Shown piece by piece: positions 1 through 8,234 of a stretch of 38,838 nt of DNA (the first letter of the stretch is position 1; the number at the start of each line of letters is the position of its first letter). The notes under the pieces are model-generated. The model saw nothing but the letters and a program-made list of their open reading frames with translations. It ran no database searches and was not told where the DNA came from. The translations under genes were made by a program, and so were the position numbers. The stretch comes from a virus (lineage: Duplodnaviria; Heunggongvirae; Uroviricota; Caudoviricetes). The stretch lies in IMG/VR virus record IMGVR_UViG_2718217859_000004, positions 1-38,838 of that record; one strand, given 5' to 3'.

Positions 1-183
1 TGCCAGTATCCTTTTTGCGTCGGACGTAAACGGGCCAGCATTGAAGCAATGCATATCTCATTTGATGAATCTGGCTCATGCTTTATCTGACTAATGGCAT
101 CCTCAATAAAGTTTTTATCGCCAGTGATAACGCCAATTTCAAAACGGGTCTCAGGCGTAGTGGAATTGAGTAATAACGTTTCC
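1..183 (-). CDS. dicB: Cell-division inhibitor DicB-like protein, 5' part only (runs off window start)
   Basis: Minus-strand ATG at 181-183 with GAGG 8 nt upstream; translation METLLLNSTTPETRFEIGVITGDKNFIEDAISQIKHEPDSSNEICIASMLARLRPTQKGYW matches my recollection of Qin DicB (MKTLLPNVNTSEGCFEIGV...ICIVSMLARLR). Not in ORF track because truncated. Confidence 0.55.
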
Positions 184-195
184 ATTATCGCGTCC

Positions 196-1047
196 TCAAC
201 GAGTGAATTTAAGTAACTGCTCTACGGTCATATTTTTAATTGCGCCCGGATTTACAAGAGTCCATCCCTGTTTTTCCAGATAAAAGCGGAAGGTATCCAG
301 GGTGCAGACCATTGCGCCGTCAGGAACGGTTTCAGTGAATTCGACATTGCCGAATTTGTCGAAGTGAACAACCAGAGTGCGTCCATCACCCGGAATAATT
401 TTGTCAGCGGGTGGGGTATTATTCTGACGCAGCTCTGCCTCCATGCGGTCGAACTCAGCGATGTAGGCCTCTTTGAATGCGGCGGCTTTTTTGCCGGTGA
501 AGCCCATTACCAGGAAAACGAAGCCGTTTTTTGTGATCTGATATGCGTTATAGGTATTGCCACGGTGCTCAAATTTAACCCGCGAAAAGTTGCTGGTTAA
601 AAAGCGTTCAGAACATTCGAGGGATTCTATTTTTTGAACAACGTGGTGATGTTGCTTGCCAAAGAATTCTGCGATCGCAATAGACGTAGTGACAGCGCGA
701 CCGTTTTCGATGGTTACATCAGGGTGAGAAAGGGTAGGGATAGTAGCCATGATGGCAGCCTCGATAGTCAGTTTAAATAACTCACCACCAAGGTTTTCCA
801 CGACCATAAGGGTGGTGAGACGTACAGGGGTGGAAATACCGGCGACTACCGAAACCGGCCAGCCTTGCGGCTGCCCTGCACGCCCCACCATAATCTGAAT
901 GTGGCTGTGCATTACGCATAAAAAAACCGCCTGAGCGCGGTTATGCGCGGTAATCATCATCGGGTTTCCACGCCCGGCACCCGTTTTATGAGGTGCAGGT
1001 GCACTATAATTCCACCCGTTCTGGTTTTCAATAGCTACATTCAACAT
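196..1047 (-). CDS. Rha-family phage regulatory protein / antirepressor-like
   Basis: 283-aa ORF; residues ~115-200 (VTTSIAIAEFFGKQHHHVVQKIESLECSERFL...) resemble the Rha domain. 99 stop-free codons upstream of the domain argue for the long form; an alternative start is M100 at 748-750 (GAGG upstream). Confidence 0.6.
   Translation of the reverse strand: MLNVAIENQNGWNYSAPAPHKTGAGRGNPMMITAHNRAQAVFLCVMHSHIQIMVGRAGQPQGWPVSVVAGISTPVRLTTLMVVENLGGELFKLTIEAAIMATIPTLSHPDVTIENGRAVTTSIAIAEFFGKQHHHVVQKIESLECSERFLTSNFSRVKFEHRGNTYNAYQITKNGFVFLVMGFTGKKAAAFKEAYIAEFDRMEAELRQNNTPPADKIIPGDGRTLVVHFDKFGNVEFTETVPDGAMVCTLDTFRFYLEKQGWTLVNPGAIKNMTVEQLLKFTR
918..942 (-). terminator. Intrinsic-terminator-like hairpin inside the N-terminal part of the Rha-family ORF
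   Basis: Minus strand reads AACCGC-GCTCAG-GCGGTT followed by TTTTTTT (6-bp stem, 6-nt loop, U7). Confidence 0.35.
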
Positions 1048-1230
1048 TTTCTCTACCTTTCATCACCGAAGTGAACTTTGTTGATGCGGTGCCTGGTGCC
1101 TCCAGGTGACGTTAACCAGTTAACAATTAACGCCGGAGTATTTCACCCATAACCCTGCCACGAAGGACAATAGCTTTTTAACTGTTCCGCGTGCGCTCAG
1201 CCGCATTCACCGCATCACAAAATTCATTTT

Positions 1231-1352
1231 AAAAAGGGCGGACATCAGCCAGCAATGAAACTGATGCCGCCAAAAGGTAATCAACATGGGTTGTTGTAGC
1301 GGGGTTGTCACTCAGGCGTATGGTCAACCTGACAACCCGGTGTCACCAGTGG
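1231..1352 (-). ncRNA. dicF: DicF-like small RNA (3' hairpin plus U-run; 5' boundary uncertain)
   Basis: Minus strand ...CTGGTGAC...TTTTGGCGGCATCAGTTTCATTGCTGGCTGATGTCCGCCCTTTTT resembles recalled DicF (UUUCUGGUGACGUUUGGCGGUAUCAGUUUUACUCCGUGACUGCUCUGCCGCCCUUUUU); position between ydfA-like and dicB-like genes matches Qin order. Confidence 0.4.
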
Positions 1353-1616
1353 GGGTAAGGAAAACCCCGCCATACTTACCGCCGCGCCATTTCGCGGAGT
1401 GCCACAACCGGAAGCGCACGTTCGACGAAAATTTAACGACAGGCTATCTATGAACCATAAACCTCGCCGTGCGCTTTCGCGTTATGCCCTGACTTTTCAG
1501 GGATATATCCTTTCAGTAAACTGTCTGTGCCGGATTCTTATCCGTGTCCGGCGCACGACCACACGTGACAGCGTGTTGGTCTCCATTTTTAACCCAGAAC
1601 CTCAATGGAGGATAAA

Positions 1617-1826
1617 ATGCCAAACAAGCCAATACATCCGCTTATTGAAAAACAGATTGAATGCCTGGTTAATCAACTCAGGCAATCAGGGTTATTAAAA
1701 ACTCATTCAGAGCTAGGGCTCACAGAATCGGCATTCGACGATAAATTAAATAATGCGCTTTATAATGGCATCATTGATTACAATCGTGGCGCTGGTCGCC
1801 GTGGCCCTGCTGGTATAGCTTTGTAA
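1617..1826 (+). CDS. Hypothetical small protein (69 aa)
   Basis: ATG at 1617 with GGAGGA at 1607-1612; MPNKPIHPLIEKQIECLVNQLRQSGLL...; convergent with and abutting the 212-aa minus-strand gene; no family recognised. Confidence 0.4.
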   Translation: MPNKPIHPLIEKQIECLVNQLRQSGLLKTHSELGLTESAFDDKLNNALYNGIIDYNRGAGRRGPAGIAL

Positions 1827-2465
1827 TTACCAGGTAATCCATAGCGGATAGTGTTCAGCATAAATATAGCTATACACATCCAGGTTGTATTTGCGGTCTG
1901 TCCTTAGCAGGTCGCAAATACACGCCGCAGCTTCCAGGGCAGCAGCTTTGTTGCTGAATAACCATGTGGCAACATTCCAGCTATTCTCTGTATCCCATTC
2001 TTTCGCAAGCGCTGACACACTGAAGGAGCCGTTGGTGTTGCCATCAAATAACTCTGTTTCCAGATTTTTAAGTAATGCCTGATGAACGTTTGCCAGGTAT
2101 TCAGTCGGAATTTCGCCACGAATTCGGATAAGGTTGTCATAAACAAACATGTTTCCCGCATATGGCGATTTTTCTTTCTTGTTTTTTAAACCAGCATCAT
2201 GAGCAAACTGATCAATTTCTTCTTCCGTTGGTTTCGTATTGATGTTTTGCGTTATCGTTTCTGCAATGGGCTTTGCTTTATTTTCTACACAATGATTGTT
2301 TGTGAACGAATCTGAATACAGTCCGGTAAAAGAATTGCGGACATGATTTGATAAATTTCTGATGAACACTTTATCTACTAATATCATTGGGTTCCGCGCC
2401 AGTTGCGAGCGAATCACATCAGCGGCCATTTCCTGTATTGATATTGGTAAATCTTTAAATTCCAT
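1827..2465 (-). CDS. Hypothetical protein (212 aa) in the repressor operon
   Basis: Start at 2463-2465 with GAGG 7 nt upstream (alt. 2475-2477 overlapping the ydfA-like stop as ATGA); MEFKDLPISIQEMAADVIRSQLARNPMILVDKVF...; no recognisable domain; sits where ydfB/ydfC lie in Qin. Confidence 0.6.
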   Translation of the reverse strand: MEFKDLPISIQEMAADVIRSQLARNPMILVDKVFIRNLSNHVRNSFTGLYSDSFTNNHCVENKAKPIAETITQNINTKPTEEEIDQFAHDAGLKNKKEKSPYAGNMFVYDNLIRIRGEIPTEYLANVHQALLKNLETELFDGNTNGSFSVSALAKEWDTENSWNVATWLFSNKAAALEAAACICDLLRTDRKYNLDVYSYIYAEHYPLWITW

Positions 2466-2476
2466 CGTCAGCCTCA

Positions 2477-2629
2477 TCAGTCAGTGTTTCTTGCTAACCA
2501 GCGACGTGCGCCAGTTTCGGTTTTAAACGTTTTGCTTTTGGTATACGTCATCGCGGTGAACGTACCGTCCTGGTTGGGGAACACGCCACATACCAGAGAT
2601 TCGCTGTTGCCAAGATCGATAGTATCCAT
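2477..2629 (-). CDS. YdfA-like small protein (DUF1391-like, 50 aa)
   Basis: MDTIDLGNSESLVCGVFPNQDGTFTAMTYTKSKTFKTETGARRWLARNTD; GAGG 6 nt upstream of ATG at 2627-2629; immediately downstream of the dicA-like gene as ydfA is in Qin. Confidence 0.6.
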   Translation of the reverse strand: MDTIDLGNSESLVCGVFPNQDGTFTAMTYTKSKTFKTETGARRWLARNTD

Positions 2630-2833
2630 GCTGACCTCATTTCCCCTTAACGCCGGGGTAGCGGAACTGTTTGCTGAGAACACCGTGCGGTGTCTTGATG
2701 AGTAGAATTTAGAATAACCTAAGAATGCTGGTCAAGCTTTTTATGTAGAAAAACCTAAGTTTCTTGATGTGAAAAACACAAGTATTTGAAAGTTTGTGCT
2801 TTTTATTACAGAGAGTGGCGAAAAAAGGGGGGG

Positions 2834-3241
2834 TTATTTATTTGCGCTTCTTTTGCGAGCTTTGAGTAGTTCTTCAAAAAGTTTGTTGAAATTCTCAACT
2901 CGAGCACGCATCTCTGACAACAGAGCCTTTTGCTCTGACTCAGGCAGTGCGTCGAACAGTTGAAGCAACTCTTTTTGATCTTCTGTCAGATTGACTGGCT
3001 GATTATCTGGGATCGGTTCGCCTGGTTGCTTATCTTCATCTCCAAAAAGAAGCCAAGTCGGCGAGCACTGAAGCGCCTGGCTCAGTGCGAATAATCTCTT
3101 CCCCGCTGGCTGTGTTTCATCTCTTTCCCATTGAGAGATTGTTACGTGAGCCACTTTGACCAGCTTACCTAATGCGGCCTGAGACAGTTTTAATTTTTTA
3201 CGCCTATATAAGAGGCGAGCACCGAAGGTTTCGTTTTTCAT
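2834..3241 (-). CDS. dicA: HTH XRE-family prophage repressor, DicA-like (135 aa)
   Basis: N-terminal HTH (LKLSQAALGKLVKVAHVTISQWERDETQPAGKRLFALSQAL), C-terminal ...MRARVENFNKLFEELLKARKR; same length as DicA; divergent from a cro-like gene. Confidence 0.85.
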   Translation of the reverse strand: MKNETFGARLLYRRKKLKLSQAALGKLVKVAHVTISQWERDETQPAGKRLFALSQALQCSPTWLLFGDEDKQPGEPIPDNQPVNLTEDQKELLQLFDALPESEQKALLSEMRARVENFNKLFEELLKARKRSANK

Positions 3242-3317
3242 ATTAGGTAATTCTAATTTTTCTTGACTTAGGTTTCTCTACGATCTAGTTTCCTTAGGAA
3301 AATCTAAGGAGTTCGAT
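3242..3317. promoter_or_regulatory. Divergent promoter/operator region between dicA-like and dicC-like genes
   Basis: Repeated TTAGG/CCTAA half-sites: TTAGgtaattCTAA (3243-3256), TTGACTTAGG (3263-3272), perfect inverted repeat CCTTAG-gaaaat-CTAAGG (3292-3309) overlapping the dicC-like RBS. Confidence 0.6.
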
Positions 3318-3545
3318 ATGTTGAAAATTGATGCTATAGCGTTTTTTGGCAGCAAAACAAAGCTTGCCAATGCCGCAGGAGTTAGGCTGGCAAGCGTTGC
3401 TGCATGGGGGAAACTGGTTCCTGAAGGTCGCGCGATGCGTCTACAGGAGGCATCTGGCGGTGAGCTTCAGTATGATCCCAAAGTTTATGACGAATATCGT
3501 AAGACGAAGCGGGCAGGGCGGTTGAACAATGAAAATCACTCCTGA
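3318..3545 (+). CDS. dicC: Cro-like regulator, DicC/YdaS-like (75 aa)
   Basis: MLKIDAIAFFGSKTKLANAAGVRLASVAAWGKLVPEGRAMRLQEASGGELQYD...; AAGGAG RBS; divergent from repressor. Confidence 0.8.
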   Translation: MLKIDAIAFFGSKTKLANAAGVRLASVAAWGKLVPEGRAMRLQEASGGELQYDPKVYDEYRKTKRAGRLNNENHS

Positions 3546-4080
3546 ACAGGCTCGTGAGGCTCTGGATGCCTGGATATGTCGACCAGGTATGACACAGGAG
3601 CGGGCGACGATATTAATCACTGAAGCATTCTGGGCTATGAAAGAACGCCCGAACATCGATGTTCAGCGTGTCACATCTGAAGGTGGCGCGGTTGATCAGC
3701 GAGCGCTTGGCGTTAATCGAGTGAAGATATTCGAACGCTGGAAGGCTATCGACACTAGGGATAAGCGTGAAAAGTTCACAGCGCTAGTGCCTGCAATTAT
3801 GGAGGCTATCCGGATTAGTGATTTCAGGTTGTATCGTGAGATCAGTGATGGAAAAAGTATTACGTATATGATCGCCGGGTTAAACAAAGAATATGGCGAT
3901 GTGGTGGAGTCCGGGCTGCTTTTTGCGGATCCAGCTGTTGTGGAACGTGAGACTGACGAGCTTATAGAAAAAGCTATTGCTTTCAAGCACGCGTATCGTC
4001 AGCAATACCAATATTACTTTGCAGATAAACAAATGTCTGCCAGGAGTTCGTATGAGTATCGATGCACTACGATGGGCTAA
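3529..4080 (+). CDS. YdaT-like / CII-like regulatory protein (183 aa), family assignment tentative
   Basis: ATG at 3529 overlapping the dicC-like 3' end; position after cro matches ydaS-ydaT order in Rac-type prophages; sequence match not verifiable here. Confidence 0.4.
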   Translation: MKITPEQAREALDAWICRPGMTQERATILITEAFWAMKERPNIDVQRVTSEGGAVDQRALGVNRVKIFERWKAIDTRDKREKFTALVPAIMEAIRISDFRLYREISDGKSITYMIAGLNKEYGDVVESGLLFADPAVVERETDELIEKAIAFKHAYRQQYQYYFADKQMSARSSYEYRCTTMG

Positions 4081-5092
4081 AAAGGTGAAAACCGGCAGTT
4101 CATCCAGTAAGTCAGTATTGACCTGGCTTGCTGATATGTGCGGTGCCGATTTGTGTGCATACCCGTCTGTATCTGCACTGGCAGAAGTAACGGAACTGAA
4201 CAAAAAGACTGTGCAGGACAGCTTACGACACCTGATGGAGATTGGGTTAATTGTTGATACCGGTGAGAGAAAAGGCCGAACAAAGCAAATTGTGGTGTAC
4301 CGACTTATCGGTGTTGAAGAAAGTGTTGCCGAGCCTGAATACCCCCAAAAACGGGGGGCTTTAAAGGTGGGTAAAATTGGTACTGTTAATAAGAACAGTA
4401 CTGAAAATGGTTATGTTTCAGCACAAAACAGACCCAAAAACGGAACTCTTAGATGCATGGAAAATAACCAAAGACACCCAAATTTTCCATCAAAGACACC
4501 CAAAAACGGATCACGGAACCCAAAGGAACCCAAAGATCTAAACCCCACACATAACTCACGCGAGAGTGCTCCGACCTGTGAGCAGGAAGTTTTGTCGTTA
4601 CAGGCTGCACCCCCTGTATTCCTGGATGGCCTGAGCGAACCCATCGGAAAATTTCCGATGACCGATAGCTGGTATCCGTCACGGGATTTTCGACGACGGG
4701 CTGCGTTGTGGGGGATAGCTTTGCCGGAGACAGAATTTACACCTGCTGAACTTGCCGCCTTCCGGGACTACTGGGCAGCGGAGGGGAAAGTGTTTACGCA
4801 GATTCAGTGGGAGCAGAAATTCGCCCGTCACGTAAATCACGTCAGGGCGCAGGTTAAACCAGTCAGCAAGGGGGTAAACCATGCAGCAGCACCAGGTGGC
4901 ACCGCATCACGGGCAGTTCAGGAAATTCGGGCAGCACGTGAGCAGTGGGAACGTGAAAACGGATTTATCAGCGACGGAAACGGCCTGGAAGCTGTGGGAA
5001 CTCATGGGGGAGGTTTATTCGAACCGCTGGACCCAGAAGAACGGGGCCGCACCTTCGAAGCTCTGGATTGCACAGATTGGCGCGATGACTGA
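4052..5092 (+). CDS. Replication initiation protein (lambda O-like, HTH / DnaT-like domain)
   Basis: ATG at 4052 with AGGAG at 4043-4047; MSIDALRWAKKVKTGSSSSKSVLTWLADMCGADLCAYPSVSALAEVTELNKKTVQDSLRHLMEIGLIVD... typical of phage replication initiators; 3' end uncertain because of overlap with the P-like ORF. Confidence 0.7.
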   Translation: MSIDALRWAKKVKTGSSSSKSVLTWLADMCGADLCAYPSVSALAEVTELNKKTVQDSLRHLMEIGLIVDTGERKGRTKQIVVYRLIGVEESVAEPEYPQKRGALKVGKIGTVNKNSTENGYVSAQNRPKNGTLRCMENNQRHPNFPSKTPKNGSRNPKEPKDLNPTHNSRESAPTCEQEVLSLQAAPPVFLDGLSEPIGKFPMTDSWYPSRDFRRRAALWGIALPETEFTPAELAAFRDYWAAEGKVFTQIQWEQKFARHVNHVRAQVKPVSKGVNHAAAPGGTASRAVQEIRAAREQWERENGFISDGNGLEAVGTHGGGLFEPLDPEERGRTFEALDCTDWRDD

Positions 5093-5546
5093 GCAGCAAA
5101 TCCGACAGGTCTGCCGCCAGTGCATGGACCGCTGCCGGGCGGGTGAAACATGGCCTCCGGACCTGGCTGAGTTTGTGGCGCTGATTTCGGAAAGCGGAGC
5201 CAATCCATTCGGTCTGACGGTGGATGCTGTGATGGAGGAGTACCGCCGCTGGCGCAATGAGTCCTGGCGATACGACGGAAGTGATAAGTACCCGTGGTCT
5301 CAGCCTGTGCTGTATCACATTTGCCTCGAGATGCGTTCAAAGGGAATTGAGCGCCAGATGACCGAAGGGGAATTAAAACGGCTTGCAGAACGGCAGCTGA
5401 CGAAATGGGCAAAGCATGTTAGTAACGGCCTGAGCGTTCCGCCAGTCCGGCGACAACTGGCGGCACCCAAACGCCCGTCGGGGCCAACGCCAATTGAGTT
5501 GCTGAAACAGGAATATGAACGCCGGAAAGCGGCTGGGTTTGTTTGA
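4881..5546 (+). CDS. Replication protein P family (helicase loader-like)
   Basis: C-terminal half aligns with recalled lambda P (ETWPPDLAEFVAL / PSPGQFVAW; YPWSQPVLYHICLEM / YPWKSNAHYWLVTNL; TEGELKRLAERQL / TDAELRRKAADEL). Strongest RBS (GGGGG) precedes ATG 4881; alternatives 5004 and 5085. Confidence 0.65.
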   Translation: MQQHQVAPHHGQFRKFGQHVSSGNVKTDLSATETAWKLWELMGEVYSNRWTQKNGAAPSKLWIAQIGAMTEQQIRQVCRQCMDRCRAGETWPPDLAEFVALISESGANPFGLTVDAVMEEYRRWRNESWRYDGSDKYPWSQPVLYHICLEMRSKGIERQMTEGELKRLAERQLTKWAKHVSNGLSVPPVRRQLAAPKRPSGPTPIELLKQEYERRKAAGFV

Positions 5547-5578
5547 GTTGAGAAGTAATTTTTATCGGGAGGGAATTT

Positions 5579-6334
5579 ATGGAGACTGTTTTTGACGCAC
5601 TGAAAGCGATGGGAAAAGCCACGTCGGTAGAGCTGGCTGCGCGACTTGATGTCAGTCGTGAAGAAGTGCTGAACGAGCTGTGGGAACTCAAAAGAAATGG
5701 CGTCGTTGATAAAACTGGTCACACCTGGTTTCTGGCTGGCGAAGGTGAATCCTGGGTAACCGAAGAGCGGCCAGTAAAATCTGAAGCACAGGATATGCTG
5801 ACCGGGGAGGTCGAACAAAAAGTTACCGCAGACATGATGATTGAGTTTATCGGTCAGGAGGGGGCTAAAACGTGTGAGGAGCTGGCGAGTAAGTTCGGTG
5901 TCAGTACTCGCAAGGTTGCTTCCACGCTGGCGGTGGTAACCGCAACGGGGCGGCTGGCACGCGTTAATCAGAACGGTAAATTTCGTTACTGCATGCCGGG
6001 CGATAAGTTACCAGCAGAGCCGAAATCCGTGCCGGTAACGGAAAATGATGGTAAAGCCTTTCCTCAGCCAGCAGGTGTTGCGTTACCAGTACAGGAGGCT
6101 GCAACACAGGAAGATATTAAAACAGAAACTGTGGCTGATATGGTGCAATCGTTGCCATCGTTTACTGAAACGCGAGCGGATGACCTGGTTTTACCATCGC
6201 TGCATATGGCAAACCGCGAATTGCGTCGGGCGAAAAGTCATGTCCAGAAGTGGGAGCGAGTCTGCGCCGCGCTGCGGGAGCTGAACAAGCACCGGGATAT
6301 GGTTGCCGGGATTTGTCGGAAGTCCGGGCAATGA
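5579..6334 (+). CDS. Hypothetical prophage protein with N-terminal winged-helix-like region (DUF1627-like)
   Basis: GGGAGGG RBS; METVFDALKAMGKATSVELAARLDVSREEVLNELWELKRNGVVDKTG... Confidence 0.55.
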   Translation: METVFDALKAMGKATSVELAARLDVSREEVLNELWELKRNGVVDKTGHTWFLAGEGESWVTEERPVKSEAQDMLTGEVEQKVTADMMIEFIGQEGAKTCEELASKFGVSTRKVASTLAVVTATGRLARVNQNGKFRYCMPGDKLPAEPKSVPVTENDGKAFPQPAGVALPVQEAATQEDIKTETVADMVQSLPSFTETRADDLVLPSLHMANRELRRAKSHVQKWERVCAALRELNKHRDMVAGICRKSGQ

Positions 6335-7001
6335 GCGGATGGTGCAGGCCTGAAATTATGATACTAACAATGAAGGTAAAATGCATCGGCAGTCTGATTG
6401 GTCGTAGTGAGGCGGCGGTCAGGATGAAAGCCCGGGTTAAGGGAATAAGCCTGATTCTGCGGGGTGATTTTCACCAGTCAACAAAATATCCGTAGCGCGA
6501 TAACGGTCAAAAATCATGGCGCTGACACTTTTGTGCCACTGGAGATGACTGTACCTAAGTTCAGGGGATAAGAACACGTCCGGTGGGATGGTCGGGCCAG
6601 ATTTAAAGGGCAGGTCATGGCTCCAGCCTGTACGCTGGCAATGGAGGCTGCCTGGCGGGAAATTGATATGGGAACCACGCCACTCAGGGATTTACTGCCG
6701 GCCCAGAGAATAAATTCCTGTTACGGTTACACCACTGTGATCTTGCAAGTGCAGGAAAGTAGGTCTACACGGTAACGCGAGTGCGTGTAACTTTTGATGT
6801 CATTTCCGTAGAAACACCGGACAAATTTTCGCTGACAGGTCATGCTGAAGGTATAAATCTGCAGATTATGGACAATTACGGATATCCGGCAAGAGCCGGA
6901 AAAAGCATGCCGTCTCTAATTCTCAGTGGAAGATGGACTTGATTATACTCATTGCATTGTCAGAAATAGTTATCCATTAAAGGCTGGCTATTCCAAACAG
7001 G

Positions 7002-7029
7002 ATGTTGATTACAAAAATGTAATCAACAT
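7002..7029. promoter_or_regulatory. Perfect 12-bp inverted repeat, candidate operator
   Basis: ATGTTGATTACA-aaaa-TGTAATCAACAT in an AT-rich tract ~165 bp upstream of the substrate-binding-protein gene. Confidence 0.4.
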
Positions 7030-7193
7030 GTAAGGTTTATATTCTTCAATATGTGTATAATTTTCCTTATTTTGTTAACTTTAAATAACAAGCTATGCAC
7101 GAGGTAAAGTCGGGTAAGTTTATCTGGATGTAATATATATTATTTATAGTGTTTATAACTTTATTTCATGATAACCAATAAAAGGAGCTTTTT

Positions 7194-7952
7194 ATGAGGA
7201 ACATAATGGCTGGTTTTTTAATATTCCTGTCTTCAGCTGCTTATGCTGATATCAATCTGTATGGTCCTGGTGGCCCGCATACAGCCTTGCTTGATGCAGC
7301 CAAACTTTATGCCGAAAAAACAGGTATTATAGTGAACGTTCATTACGGCCCACAGAACAAATGGAATGAAGATGCCAAAAAAAATGCAGATATCTTGTTT
7401 GGCGCATCAGAACAATCTGCTCTGGCTATCATTCGGGACCATAAAGACAGCTTCAGTGAAAAAGATATTCAGCCTCTTTATCTGCGAAAAAGTATTTTAC
7501 TGGTAAAGAAAGGTAATCCTAAAAATATCCGGAGTATTGACGACCTGACCAGACCCGGGATTGGCGTAATTGTTAATGATGGTGGTGGTACCAGTAATAC
7601 ATCAGGCACTGGAGTCTGGGAAGATATTGCCGGACGTAAAGGGAATATAGAAACTGTCGCCGCAATCCGAAAAAATATTATTTTATATGCACCCAATAGC
7701 GGAACTGCACGTAAGGCTCTTGAGAATCAGCCTGGAGCAGATGTCTGGATAACCTGGGCTGACTGGGCAGCCAGTAATCCAGAAATTGGTGATGTCGTGG
7801 AAATAGCGCCAGACTACGTGATATGGCGTGATATGAACATTACAGTACGTCAGGATGCAAATGATGAAACCCGTCGATTTGCAGAATGGCTACAAACCGA
7901 TGAAGCGGCGCCTGCATTCAAAAAATATGGCTGGACCAGGAAAGGCACTTGA
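7194..7952 (+). CDS. Secreted periplasmic substrate-binding protein (ModA/tungstate-binding-like fold), orphan cargo gene
   Basis: AAGGAG RBS; signal peptide MRNIMAGFLIFLSSAAYA; DINLYGPGGPHTALLDAAKLYAEKTG... similar in architecture to ModA-type binding proteins; no adjacent ABC permease/ATPase; low-GC flank. Confidence 0.7.
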   Translation: MRNIMAGFLIFLSSAAYADINLYGPGGPHTALLDAAKLYAEKTGIIVNVHYGPQNKWNEDAKKNADILFGASEQSALAIIRDHKDSFSEKDIQPLYLRKSILLVKKGNPKNIRSIDDLTRPGIGVIVNDGGGTSNTSGTGVWEDIAGRKGNIETVAAIRKNIILYAPNSGTARKALENQPGADVWITWADWAASNPEIGDVVEIAPDYVIWRDMNITVRQDANDETRRFAEWLQTDEAAPAFKKYGWTRKGT

Positions 7953-7958
7953 CATCCT

Positions 7959-7987
7959 CCACGTCCATCAGGACGTGGATTCTTTTT
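7959..7987 (+). terminator. Rho-independent terminator after the substrate-binding-protein gene
   Basis: CCACGTCC-atca-GGACGTGG followed by ATTCTTTTT. Confidence 0.7.
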
Positions 7988-8234
7988 CCGGATGCCGCGC
8001 CAGCGGCATGTAGGGGCAGCTCACAAAACGGAAAAAATTGTACGCTAAGCATCGCCTATGGGAATTCCCATATCGGGCGAAAACGGTTTGCTGTAACGGC
8101 AGAGTTAAGTAGAATTGCTGCGGGTGCTTGAGGCTATCTGCCTCGGGCATGAACACCAACGGCAGATAGAGAAAAGCCCCAGTTAACATTACGCGTCCTG
8201 CAAGACGCTTAACATTAATCTGAGGCCATATCTA

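Noticed and set aside
1399-1698. 99-aa plus-strand ORF in the region between the Rha-family gene and the small ORF
   Set aside because: No RBS; overlaps the DicF-like RNA region and the better-supported ORF starting at 1617.
6250-6495. 81-aa plus-strand ORF overlapping the 3' end of the DUF1627-like gene
   Set aside because: No convincing RBS or start context, overlaps a better-supported gene, and the composition is not protein-like; left unannotated.
6500-7190. Searched the gene-poor AT-rich tract for a tRNA, integrase remnant or IS element
   Set aside because: No tRNA-like T-arm/acceptor pattern, no long ORF on either strand and no terminal inverted repeats were seen; treated as regulatory or degraded intergenic DNA.
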